Made by a program: the position numbers and the translations under genes | Virus record (IMG/VR): IMGVR_UViG_3300015263_000653 | Location: 25,857 to 89,856 of that record | Length of the DNA: 64,000 nucleotides | Direction: 5' to 3' (one strand) | Source: a virus | Shown: positions 53,286-62,769 of the stretch, piece after piece | Numbering within the stretch: the stretch's first letter is position 1 | Layout of the letters: the number at the start of each line of letters is the position of its first letter | The notes under the pieces: model-generated | Database searches by the model: none | The model's input: only the letters and a program-made list of their open reading frames with translations | What the model was told of the DNA's origin: nothing

Positions 53286-54844
53286 TGATGGCTTACAAGA
53301 ACTGCCCTTTCGAGGTAACACCTTACGACACATCCAACTTGGTCAAAACGCCAAACTTGGTCAGTCTGAACTACACCAACCAAGACTTTTGGTCGATGAA
53401 GGCACGTCTGATCGATTTCATCAAGGAAAAATTCGCTGAGCAGTTCAACGACTTTGTGGAATCAGACTTGGCGATCATGTTGATTGAGAACTGGGCATTC
53501 GTCGCAGACACTCTTTCCTTCAAGATCGATCAGATCGCCAACGAGATCTTCATCGACACTGTGACTGAGGTGGACAATGCCTTTCGTTTGGCGATGTTGG
53601 TTGGATTCCGACCAACACCTCCAATTGGGGCACGCTCGCTATGGTCGGCCACCATCACGAATGTTTTGGAAACCGACATGGTGATCGACGCACCAGTTTC
53701 GATTCCCATCACAACAGAAGAAGGCCCCAAAACGATTGAGTTGTTCCCCGCCGATGCAGACAACAATCCAATTTTTGGACAGTCCATCATCATCCCTGCG
53801 GGCAGCTTCTTGAATACTGGTGTCGTTGGTGTGGAAGGCGAAACGAGAGTTCAAGTCCAGATTGCCACTGGTGAAATCAACCAGTCGGTCGCATTGAGCT
53901 TCGGCCCAGTGATCCAGAAATCAATACGAGTCAAAGTGGATGGCGTGGAGTGGACCCAAGTTCCTTATTTCACAGACTCGCAACCTCGTCGAGAATTCCG
54001 AGTTGAATACGACCCCAACTACAACGCCTTTGTGATGTTCGGCAACAGCCGGGCGGGAATGATCCCGTCTTCTGGTTCTAACATTCAGATCACCTATCGG
54101 GTCGGCGGCGGCGTTTCTGGGAACATCGTGACCGGATCTGTAGAAATTCAGAGAAACTACATTGTGCCGGGATTCGACTTCCGTGTCCCAGTAACCTTCA
54201 GAAATTACACCAGAGGTGAGTTCGGTTACGCTGGCGACACAATTGATGACATCAAACGTAAATTGCCGCCATGGCTCAGAACACAAAACCGTGCTGTGAC
54301 GGGCGACGACTATGAAACGCTGGCAGATCAATTTGTGACGGAGTTCAATGGGCAGATTGGGAAATCCAAAGCGGCCCTGAGAAATTACGGCTGTGCCGCT
54401 AATTTAATTGATCTCTACATCCTGTCCTTGGATGGCGAAGATGGCCTGCAAGAAGCCACCGATGGTTTGAAGAATGAACTGGCTGATGAATTGGATTCCA
54501 AGAAGATGATCACAGATACCGTCTGCATCAGAGACGGCATCATCATCGAGACCGATGTGTCTATCGACTGTGTTCTCGACAAGTTCTATCGAAAGTTCGA
54601 GGACGAGATCGAGATCAGAATCCTCAGAAGAATGAACTCGTTCTTCTCTTTGAACAACTGGGATTATGGGAAGCCGTTGCGATCCATTGATCTCGTCAAA
54701 GAATTGTCTGATATCAAGGAAGTTCGGACCTTTGAAATCAATTTCATCACGGATGACCCTGACAACTCGGGCGAACTGGTAACGACTAAGTTCAACGAGA
54801 TCATCAGACCGGGAACACTAGAAATCAATTTTGTGTATGAGTAA
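53285..54844 (+). CDS. Baseplate wedge protein, T4 gp6/baseplate J-like
   Basis: NYTNQDF, FNDFVESD, FGN...G.IP, YRVGGG..GN, QNRAVT.DDY. Confidence 0.88.
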   Translation: MMAYKNCPFEVTPYDTSNLVKTPNLVSLNYTNQDFWSMKARLIDFIKEKFAEQFNDFVESDLAIMLIENWAFVADTLSFKIDQIANEIFIDTVTEVDNAFRLAMLVGFRPTPPIGARSLWSATITNVLETDMVIDAPVSIPITTEEGPKTIELFPADADNNPIFGQSIIIPAGSFLNTGVVGVEGETRVQVQIATGEINQSVALSFGPVIQKSIRVKVDGVEWTQVPYFTDSQPRREFRVEYDPNYNAFVMFGNSRAGMIPSSGSNIQITYRVGGGVSGNIVTGSVEIQRNYIVPGFDFRVPVTFRNYTRGEFGYAGDTIDDIKRKLPPWLRTQNRAVTGDDYETLADQFVTEFNGQIGKSKAALRNYGCAANLIDLYILSLDGEDGLQEATDGLKNELADELDSKKMITDTVCIRDGIIIETDVSIDCVLDKFYRKFEDEIEIRILRRMNSFFSLNNWDYGKPLRSIDLVKELSDIKEVRTFEINFITDDPDNSGELVTTKFNEIIRPGTLEINFVYE

Positions 54845-57800
54845 TGGCACTTAAGAAGATAACCGAAAATCCGAAGATCACCGACACCATCCTTTTCGAG
54901 ATCGAAACGCCCGATGGGGATGATTGTTTTGTAAGTGATCCATACAAAGTAGACAGTGTAATCGTGTATTACATTGAACGGGATTTTCTCGGCACGAACT
55001 TCGGCGATTACGATGTCCTCGTTCAAGACGCCGATCTGGTGGCTGCTGTAGAAGCAGCTAAGGCTGCTGTGTGTGCCGATCCCAGCGAGGCGAATCTTCA
55101 AGAACTCACGGAAGCCGTCAACAAGCTTGAATCATCGCAACAAAAGAACACCTACTACTACAAAGATCGAGTGGCGGTAGAAGTCTTTGGGAATTCCAGT
55201 TTCCCAGCGTGGCTATCCACAGACACCGACAACTCCCCCATGGTCAAGGTGGAAGAGGATGAAGACGGCAATCCTTTGTATGGTCATTTCACTTTAGAGT
55301 GGATGCCGCAAGGAAAGGTCAGAGAAGGCGACTACATCGTCTGTTGGACTTGGACCCCATTGGCAGCAGGCGAGAAACTTTCGGCCCACACGCCGTTCTC
55401 GATCAGCGGCGACCCAAAAGCTGTCACCACGATCCCAACGCACATTACGCCAGACGGCAAGTACGACACATTGTTGGAACGCTATCTCCCCGAAATGTAC
55501 AAGGCGGTTTTGTGTGAGGGAGACCTGACCCCCGAAACAACTTTGAGGTTCAACCGAGCCGTGGCGGAAGGGTTCACATTCATCGAAGATTTTGCGAATC
55601 AGATCATCGACTTGTTCGATGCCAATGCTTTGCACGAATCGCTGTTGATGTATCTGTCGAATTTGTTCCACCTGAAGTTGAAGTCCGACGATCCGACATT
55701 GTGGCGGCGTCAAATCAAAGAGGCAGTGCCATTGTTCAAAAAGAAAGGCACGCTCTCAGGTCTACAGGACGCTTTCGCACAAGCTGGGATGACTCTCGAC
55801 AAATACACACAGTTTTGGCAACTGGTGTCTCCTTACACATGGCAAGAGTCGTTCAAGGTTGAAGGGTCGGCAATGTGGATCTTGGAGAAGGACAACATTG
55901 TTCTTCCCATCAATACTACAAATTTTGGACTGTGGCTTCGACGAGCGGGCACCGATACCTACACGCCGCTAACAGCAGACTATGTTGATTTCCAGATCGA
56001 AGAGGATTCCTGTCAAGTCAAGATGATCTGGATTGGCGACGAACTCTCTGTGAACCCGGTGGTTTTGAACACAGGGGATTTTGTCAGAGTTCTCTACGAA
56101 TACAACGATGTGCCGGATGTTTCTGCTCAGACTCTTGAGGAGTACATTCGAAACTTACCATTGGCCGATCTGCGTGACGAGGCCGATCAGGATTATCCGC
56201 CGAAAAACTGGAATGTACGAGTTATTGATGAAGAAGACCCGCTCTTCGACATTCTGATTCCTGTGCGCCATCCGTTCCATGATGCACTGATTTTTGGATA
56301 CATCCGAACGGAGTTTCCATACGGCGAAAACATCTACAACATGGAAGAGTACAACGGCAGCACTCGACCTGCCTTCGAAGCGTGCTTCATTGACAAAGAT
56401 TTCATTGATCCATGTGGGTCGTGTCTCGGATCGAAGTACAGCGTCGATGTCAGTGTGGAGGCCCTGTCGAATGACCGGATGATTGAGTCACAGGACATTC
56501 TCCGGGAATACATGCCGTTTCATGCCCAGTTGCACTCAATTAACTTCACTGGCGATGTGGTGGAATTTGTCACATCTCCGGTGGAAGACATCGATTTGTT
56601 GATCACGATTGACCGTACAGAAAACCATCTTTCGGGACAAGCAAATCCGTTCTTCCATAGGGTAATGGAGGGTGGATTGGCAGAATGGATCATCGACAGA
56701 GAAGACCTGACAACTAAGACAACGGTGCTCTCTGGAAAATTGGGAACCGGCTATAACAGCAACATCATCGTGATTTCCCCAGATGTGATTCTTGAAGACT
56801 TAGGAGTCTATCCACTCGGACAACATATCTTTGAAGTTCTGAGTCCTTCCGCAAATGCGGGAAACTATAAGATCAAAGACATCTCGGGCCATATCGCCGT
56901 GGTAAGTTCTGCCGTCACAGAACCATTGGACGAAAGCCAATTCACGTTCAGACTGTCGAACATCACTTACGAAAGCCCGAACCCAGTTTCGATTCTTCAG
57001 GCTGACAAGTTCATATTCACAGATGATAGCCAAAGCTTTTCGGAGATCGGTGTCAAGGGAACGTGGGATGTGAACAATGTGCCCGATTACACGGGCGGTG
57101 CTTGGGAAGTGTCAATTCCGTCATTGTCGGCAACGCCATATGTGGTTGAAAACGTCATTGGCGATCAATTGATTCTTACAGATGATGGATCGCTCCCAGT
57201 CTCAGGAACATTTACTTACACACTGTATGATGATTCGTCAAACGCAGTCCTGAGCAGCACCACTGGAGCTTTGGCGAGCGAGAAGCGGGGGTTAGTAGAT
57301 CTGAATGACCCCAACATCATCAATCGAGACGAAATCTTCCAAATCGGCGACTTCTTATACTACGACGGAACCGAGTATGAGATCATTGAGTTTACTGGCA
57401 CCGACAGTTTCTACATTTACGGATGGGTAGATGGAGATGTGGCCGGGGCCGACGTAGAGACTCGACGCCGTTTGGTGAAAAGTTCTGTGGGCCAGTTTGG
57501 TTACAGAGGTTTGGAACTGATCACATTCTCTGATCATGAGGCTGAGTTCGGCATTGTCAACGGCGAAAACCCGCCGAGCATCATCACCGACAACAACCTT
57601 TTCAAAGAGAACTTCATGTTCTTAATCAACAACCAATTCTTCCGCATCCTTGAGTGGGACGGGGTGAATGTCAAATTGGCAGGCCGAGAACAATCATGGA
57701 CCACACTGACAGCGGGCGGCACCGTCCTTGCTTACAGTCTGGTGCAATTTACAAAGAATCAAGTGAACGTCCAATTCATTGTGTTCGATCACCTAGATAG

Positions 57801-57975
57801 AGATGGGCACGACCCCATCATTCGCACCATCGAAGACCTTACGGATATGAATCAGGCGATTGTCGCACTTTCGTCTGGCCCGTCCAGCGGTGTGCAAGAG
57901 CAGGTGGGACAAGACGAAAGCATCTCTTTCGTGATTGAGACAAGCAGCGGACAGATTGAAGAAGGTGAGATATGA
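54844..57975 (+). CDS. Large baseplate/tail protein with P2 gpI-like domain (gp7-like)
   Basis: LMYLSNLF...WRRQIKEAVPLFKKKGTLSGL; follows gp6-like. Confidence 0.72.
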   Translation: MALKKITENPKITDTILFEIETPDGDDCFVSDPYKVDSVIVYYIERDFLGTNFGDYDVLVQDADLVAAVEAAKAAVCADPSEANLQELTEAVNKLESSQQKNTYYYKDRVAVEVFGNSSFPAWLSTDTDNSPMVKVEEDEDGNPLYGHFTLEWMPQGKVREGDYIVCWTWTPLAAGEKLSAHTPFSISGDPKAVTTIPTHITPDGKYDTLLERYLPEMYKAVLCEGDLTPETTLRFNRAVAEGFTFIEDFANQIIDLFDANALHESLLMYLSNLFHLKLKSDDPTLWRRQIKEAVPLFKKKGTLSGLQDAFAQAGMTLDKYTQFWQLVSPYTWQESFKVEGSAMWILEKDNIVLPINTTNFGLWLRRAGTDTYTPLTADYVDFQIEEDSCQVKMIWIGDELSVNPVVLNTGDFVRVLYEYNDVPDVSAQTLEEYIRNLPLADLRDEADQDYPPKNWNVRVIDEEDPLFDILIPVRHPFHDALIFGYIRTEFPYGENIYNMEEYNGSTRPAFEACFIDKDFIDPCGSCLGSKYSVDVSVEALSNDRMIESQDILREYMPFHAQLHSINFTGDVVEFVTSPVEDIDLLITIDRTENHLSGQANPFFHRVMEGGLAEWIIDREDLTTKTTVLSGKLGTGYNSNIIVISPDVILEDLGVYPLGQHIFEVLSPSANAGNYKIKDISGHIAVVSSAVTEPLDESQFTFRLSNITYESPNPVSILQADKFIFTDDSQSFSEIGVKGTWDVNNVPDYTGGAWEVSIPSLSATPYVVENVIGDQLILTDDGSLPVSGTFTYTLYDDSSNAVLSSTTGALASEKRGLVDLNDPNIINRDEIFQIGDFLYYDGTEYEIIEFTGTDSFYIYGWVDGDVAGADVETRRRLVKSSVGQFGYRGLELITFSDHEAEFGIVNGENPPSIITDNNLFKENFMFLINNQFFRILEWDGVNVKLAGREQSWTTLTAGGTVLAYSLVQFTKNQVNVQFIVFDHLDRDGHDPIIRTIEDLTDMNQAIVALSSGPSSGVQEQVGQDESISFVIETSSGQIEEGEI

Positions 57976-58445
57976 TCCAAGAACAACTCCAGACAAGGGG
58001 TGATGTCGAAATTATCGCAGAATGGAAGGATGGTAGGAAAGAACTGTTAGATGTTCGGAACACAATTCTTCTGACTGGCCGACGTGCTCTGGCACTGGGT
58101 CTGGCGAATGCCATTGGTGACGCCTTCGAGTTCTATATCACTCGAATGTTGTTCGGCGATGGCGGCACCAGCGGTGGCGAAAAGCGTTTCGTGAATGCGA
58201 ACCGAGATGGTTTGTTCGGTGTGGTAAAGGTGTCGAAGCCTGTCCTATCGAACATTGACAACTCGATTCCCACTCAGGTCATTCTGACATCTGTATTGGC
58301 CTATGATGAGGCTGTGGGCATTACTCTGAATGAGATGGCCCTCCAGATGGCAAACGGTGATTTGTACAGCATGACGACATTTCCTGACTTGAACAAAACA
58401 GAAGACATGCAGATTACGTTCAACTGGCGGTTGAACTTCATCTAA
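57972..58445 (+). CDS. Baseplate/tail-fibre attachment protein
   Basis: NTILLTGR, FGDGG, LNEMAL, K......FNW.L pattern. Confidence 0.6.
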   Translation: MIQEQLQTRGDVEIIAEWKDGRKELLDVRNTILLTGRRALALGLANAIGDAFEFYITRMLFGDGGTSGGEKRFVNANRDGLFGVVKVSKPVLSNIDNSIPTQVILTSVLAYDEAVGITLNEMALQMANGDLYSMTTFPDLNKTEDMQITFNWRLNFI

Positions 58446-58506
58446 GATTTCGGGGGCGTTTTGGCTAAATACCATAGAAAACACGCTTCCCAAAGAGGTT
58501 GGATAA

Positions 58507-59286
58507 ATGCCACGCATTGAATTGATTGATCCAGTATATTACGCTCCCAACGATCCGATCCATTGGGAGATCGACAATCTGCCCTTAAAGAACATCATCC
58601 GTCGCCAAGAACTCATCAATTTGGCTTTGGATGGGGCTTTGGAGCAGATGCGGGATGCCATCGGCACACAGGGATCTTTCGCCAACCGCCTCAACCAGTC
58701 TCTCAATGCTGACGGTAGCCTTAAAACAACCGCCGTTGATGAAGCCCTTCATAGCATTGAAGAGCACCAAGACACAGACAACTATGTTCGAATGACCAAA
58801 GATCAATCGGACAAACTGGATCTTATCGCCAGCGAAGCTACAGATTTGGCCTTGCATATTTCAGCAGATGGCAGTAGTTTTATAACATTCGATGGCGGGG
58901 TCGTGAAGCTTGTTCCTTCAGACACAGTTACGCCCAGCATTGATGCACCAAACATCTTAAAGCTGCATTTGGCGTTTCCGGCTTCGGCGGCACATCAGCA
59001 TTTCTACAGCCTTACGCCTGTGGATGTTGACACACTCGATCCTGATTACATCAATTACAAAGTAAACTCGGTCTCGTCTCCCTACATTGACGGGTCTCTC
59101 CGAGTTTTCATCAACGGAGTGAGAATCTTCGAAGATGATGCCGTCTATGTTCCGGGCAATCTGGTAGACGACCCTTGGACGCTCCTTTCCTATACGTCCG
59201 ACGCCACCAGCGGAACATTCGCTTTGTCACAAGCGATCTCAAGCGACGACATCATCAAAATTGATTTCGATATCTCCTTCGTGTAA
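58507..59286 (+). CDS. Probable virion structural protein
   Basis: DNLPLKNI..R, GSLRVFINGVRI. Confidence 0.7.
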   Translation: MPRIELIDPVYYAPNDPIHWEIDNLPLKNIIRRQELINLALDGALEQMRDAIGTQGSFANRLNQSLNADGSLKTTAVDEALHSIEEHQDTDNYVRMTKDQSDKLDLIASEATDLALHISADGSSFITFDGGVVKLVPSDTVTPSIDAPNILKLHLAFPASAAHQHFYSLTPVDVDTLDPDYINYKVNSVSSPYIDGSLRVFINGVRIFEDDAVYVPGNLVDDPWTLLSYTSDATSGTFALSQAISSDDIIKIDFDISFV

Positions 59287-59299
59287 AGCGAGGAAAAAC

Positions 59300-59839
59300 A
59301 TGGAAGTCGATCTAGGCTTCATCATCTTATGTCCCGACAGGAACATAGGAGGATTGAAGAATACTTACGGTTCCATCAACTACCACTCATACAACAGGGA
59401 TGCTATATGCGTGGTCGGCAATGATGCGACACCAACAGACATCAAAGAAATGAAGGAGATTTGCCCGACCTACAAGGGCAAGGATACCATCACCAGCCTC
59501 ATAAACACAGGGTTCCGCCATCTTAAACATGAATGGGGTCTCCTGCTGTTCGGCGGAAGCCGAATCCCTATCTTCTTAGAAAGAAGAATATCCTCTTTTA
59601 CCAAGAATGAAGAAGACATCTTATTCCCAGTCGTAGAAAAGAGATACGACTTTGTAAGCGGCTCGTTCAACGGCGTCTTAATCAATAAGAAGTTCTTCAA
59701 GAAAGTTGGCAACTTCCCTGACACACAGATGGAAAAGGCCGGAATGAATGACTTCGAAATGGCAAAGTTGTTATGGGCTCTTGACGCACACGAAAAAGGT
59801 GCTATATTTAAGGGAATTGTCGGAATGAGAATCATCTAG
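59300..59839 (+). CDS. Hypothetical protein, possibly a degenerate GT-A fold
   Basis: GAGG RBS; SLINTGF, GVLINKKFFKKVGNF. Confidence 0.6.
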   Translation: MEVDLGFIILCPDRNIGGLKNTYGSINYHSYNRDAICVVGNDATPTDIKEMKEICPTYKGKDTITSLINTGFRHLKHEWGLLLFGGSRIPIFLERRISSFTKNEEDILFPVVEKRYDFVSGSFNGVLINKKFFKKVGNFPDTQMEKAGMNDFEMAKLLWALDAHEKGAIFKGIVGMRII

Positions 59840-59847
59840 GAGGGCAG

Positions 59848-60369
59848 TTGCCAGAAGTACGCAACTGGGTTGTTCACATCAAGGACGTTGAGACCGGGCA
59901 CCACATCATAGAACCAGTGGTAGCATCTAAGATTCAGGTCTCATATGAACAATGGTCGCAGGAAATATCCACTCTGAGGGGCGACGTATTTCAAGTCGCC
60001 GGGCCACGCACTGGCTCGATCAGGATGGAATTCGACCTCTTCAACGACAACTACAGGATGTTCACGGCGTTGTGGGATAATGCTCCACAGCGAGCAGACA
60101 TTCAAGTTAATCCGAGGGACAACGATCAGAATAATGGCTACAGCCGATGTGTTCTTAGATCGATGAACTTCGACCCCGCACCTGCCCCAGACTGGAACGA
60201 TGTACTCGTTCTGGAGTGGGTCTTCATGAACGCAGAAGCCCAAATCAACGTACCCAGAGAACTCCAAAGTGACTATGTGTCACCTTGGCAACATGCAATG
60301 GGACGACTTGGCCGAAGAAGACGAATTGAACCAGTACAAAAATTGGACTGGCGAGTATCAGGCTTTTGA
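59848..60369 (+). CDS. Hypothetical protein
   Basis: AGGAGG RBS, TTG start. Confidence 0.65.
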   Translation: MPEVRNWVVHIKDVETGHHIIEPVVASKIQVSYEQWSQEISTLRGDVFQVAGPRTGSIRMEFDLFNDNYRMFTALWDNAPQRADIQVNPRDNDQNNGYSRCVLRSMNFDPAPAPDWNDVLVLEWVFMNAEAQINVPRELQSDYVSPWQHAMGRLGRRRRIEPVQKLDWRVSGF

Positions 60370-60957
60370 TCTTCGCCGTTCGATGTCCTTCCGCACAAGC
60401 ACCCACTCATCACTCAAAGGTTTCTGGCCCGAGTTCAAGGCGACCAATTCGGCCACAACATCCTCGACACTTTGATAGACGTTTGATTGCTTGATGGCTT
60501 CTTCTGGGTCGTCTGTCTCGATCTTATCGATGACATCGAAGAGCCAGCGTGGAAGGTTATAGAGAGAATTCTCACAGATGAAGAAGTTCGGCTTGTGCTG
60601 GCCTTCTCCCAGATAGACCTCGTTCCCGGTTCCCCACTGAGGCACACGAGGATCGACGACTGTGACGAGAAAGTCTGAAATGTCCACGAATCGCAGATCG
60701 TACCTTCGGTACTCGTGAACGTACTCCTGAAGCTCCCTGAAACGTCCATCACGCTGAAGTTGTTCTTGAACGGCTTTGTTCTCGCCGATCTTGATGTCCT
60801 CGCCACCGGGTTTGTCTGTGGGATCAATCAAGTCGATATCAAGACCCGCTTCACGGATCAACTTAATGAACTTACGCCGCCATTCTACGCCGTGGTCGGC
60901 CACGAATTCCATTGGGCCGCTCAAATAACCACAGGCACCATCAAGCTTTCCTGACAT
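60358..60957 (-). CDS. Nucleoside 2-deoxyribosyltransferase-like protein
   Basis: YLSGPM...WR...DP...DLRFVDISDF...WGT..EV. Confidence 0.75.
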   Translation of the reverse strand: MSGKLDGACGYLSGPMEFVADHGVEWRRKFIKLIREAGLDIDLIDPTDKPGGEDIKIGENKAVQEQLQRDGRFRELQEYVHEYRRYDLRFVDISDFLVTVVDPRVPQWGTGNEVYLGEGQHKPNFFICENSLYNLPRWLFDVIDKIETDDPEEAIKQSNVYQSVEDVVAELVALNSGQKPLSDEWVLVRKDIERRRSKA

Positions 60958-61010
60958 TTGGAGTCCTCCTTTACTCTACTAGAACAACAGCATCCCAGAA
61001 TGAGGTGAAT

Positions 61011-61736
61011 ATGTCAACAGAAGTAAATGCCGAACTGCAAGAACTCATCGTCAAGGCCGACGAAATCTTAAAGAATGCAGATCTCCCAGATCGCCATTCA
61101 TTCTTTCAGATCGAAAAATTCATCATTGGCAAGGAACCCACAGTTCACGCCCAATTGTGGCAGATTGTACGGGAAATCCAAGCAAGAGTCGAGACCTTCG
61201 ATTCCTTACAGAAGCAACTGGAGGACGCCGAGGATAATCTGGAACTGATGGATATCCAGATCCAGAAAATGGCCCGAGAAGTCCGCTTGCTTTCTGAAAG
61301 GGCAGAAATCATGACGGACCTAGAAATCCAAGAGCGAGAGATAAATATCAGAAAGCTCGAACGTGAGAAAAAGGCTCTCATCCGATCTGCCAAGAAGGTG
61401 CGGCACAAGTTTAAGTCGCTATTGGAAGAATTGTCCTTCCTAGTGGTGGGATATGAGAAGATCGTCGCCAACAACGGCGACCTAAAGCCATTCGATGACG
61501 ATCAGGCTCAAAGAGAGATGTGGAATGAGAAACTCTTGGAAGAATTCAATCTGAGAGTGATCTTGCAACGGCCTCTCGACCCCGAATTTGTGAAAACGGT
61601 TCTATGTTTGGGTGACGAGGCTCCGGTTAAGCAGCACGTCACAAAGATGATTGATCAAGTTCAGAGAAAGATGATCGAGCAAAAGAAGCAGATAGAACAA
61701 CACGTTGAAACCAAGGTGAAGCAGAGGGGAGAGTAA
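61011..61736 (+). CDS. Coiled-coil hypothetical protein
   Basis: GAGGTG RBS; HS.FQIEKFI then coiled coil. Confidence 0.75.
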   Translation: MSTEVNAELQELIVKADEILKNADLPDRHSFFQIEKFIIGKEPTVHAQLWQIVREIQARVETFDSLQKQLEDAEDNLELMDIQIQKMAREVRLLSERAEIMTDLEIQEREINIRKLEREKKALIRSAKKVRHKFKSLLEELSFLVVGYEKIVANNGDLKPFDDDQAQREMWNEKLLEEFNLRVILQRPLDPEFVKTVLCLGDEAPVKQHVTKMIDQVQRKMIEQKKQIEQHVETKVKQRGE

Positions 61737-62761
61737 TGGCAGAACGCATTTCAAGTCTGGATGTCGGATATCAGGCGGGAGACCTTTCTTTGTTTCCAGT
61801 CGCACTGGATGACAAAGAGACCCTTTATGAAGCAACCAACAACGCCAGCACCACCTTGAAGCAAACTCTGGCATTCAACAGCAAAGCCATTATCGTCGAA
61901 GACACTTCTGGGTTCCCCGACAATGGACAACTACGAATTGGCCCGCCTCCCGGAGTTCCCGGTGAGTATGAACTCGTCGCTTATGGTAAGAGAACAGCCA
62001 ACACGTTCCAACAACTACAACGAGGTTTCAAGGGTTCCAGAATCAACCAGTGGCCTGCACGCAAAACTTGGATTTCGAATGCTGTGGCCTCCGAGCACCA
62101 CAATGCCATCAAAGATGCCATCATCAACCTTGAGGTCGATCTGGGGCTCAAGAAAGATCCAGATCCAGAATCACTGAATGGTATCCTTAAGGCTCAAGAG
62201 GTTCGATTCCTAGCACCGAAGCCGCTGTTTCGGGCTTACCCGATCAAAGGTCCGCCGCCCTTACAGGTGAGATTCCAGAACTTTACTACCGGCCACATTG
62301 CTCGATTCCTTTGGGATTTTGGCGATGGCGGCACGTCACTCGAACGCAGCCCGATTCACACATATCTCACAGAGGGCGTTTATACGGTGAAACTCAATGT
62401 GGTAACAACCACAGGAGCACAGGGAATTGCAACGAAAATCGAATACATAGTTGTAGATGCCGATGAGGCATTGCCCTTCTTCTATGTGGATTCCGTGGAC
62501 GATCCATACTCAGTGCAAACAGCCACAGCCCTGAGCGAAAGTCCCAAAGAGTTTCGCTTCATCGATCAATCAGATGGCGACATTGTTCAGCGTAACTGGA
62601 TTTTTGGAGATGGCGACACCTACACAGAAGAAGACCCGGATGTTCATGAAATCACCCACATCTACCAAGAGCCGGGTGAGTACGTTGTGACAGAATTGAT
62701 TCAGTTCAGCACAGGAAGATTGAAACGGGTGGAACTCCCAGAACCGTTAGTTGTATTGTAA
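61736..62761 (+). CDS. PKD (Ig-like) domain virion protein
   Basis: PL.V.F.N, WDFGDGG.S....P.HTY...G.YTV.L, second W.FGDG. Confidence 0.85.
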   Translation: MAERISSLDVGYQAGDLSLFPVALDDKETLYEATNNASTTLKQTLAFNSKAIIVEDTSGFPDNGQLRIGPPPGVPGEYELVAYGKRTANTFQQLQRGFKGSRINQWPARKTWISNAVASEHHNAIKDAIINLEVDLGLKKDPDPESLNGILKAQEVRFLAPKPLFRAYPIKGPPPLQVRFQNFTTGHIARFLWDFGDGGTSLERSPIHTYLTEGVYTVKLNVVTTTGAQGIATKIEYIVVDADEALPFFYVDSVDDPYSVQTATALSESPKEFRFIDQSDGDIVQRNWIFGDGDTYTEEDPDVHEITHIYQEPGEYVVTELIQFSTGRLKRVELPEPLVVL

Positions 62762-62769
62762 GGTAAGAA

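Noticed and set aside
48127-58445. Bacterial extracellular contractile injection system or T6SS locus
   Set aside because: The long tape measure, gp2-like gene and dense phage-type hypotheticals indicate a phage genome
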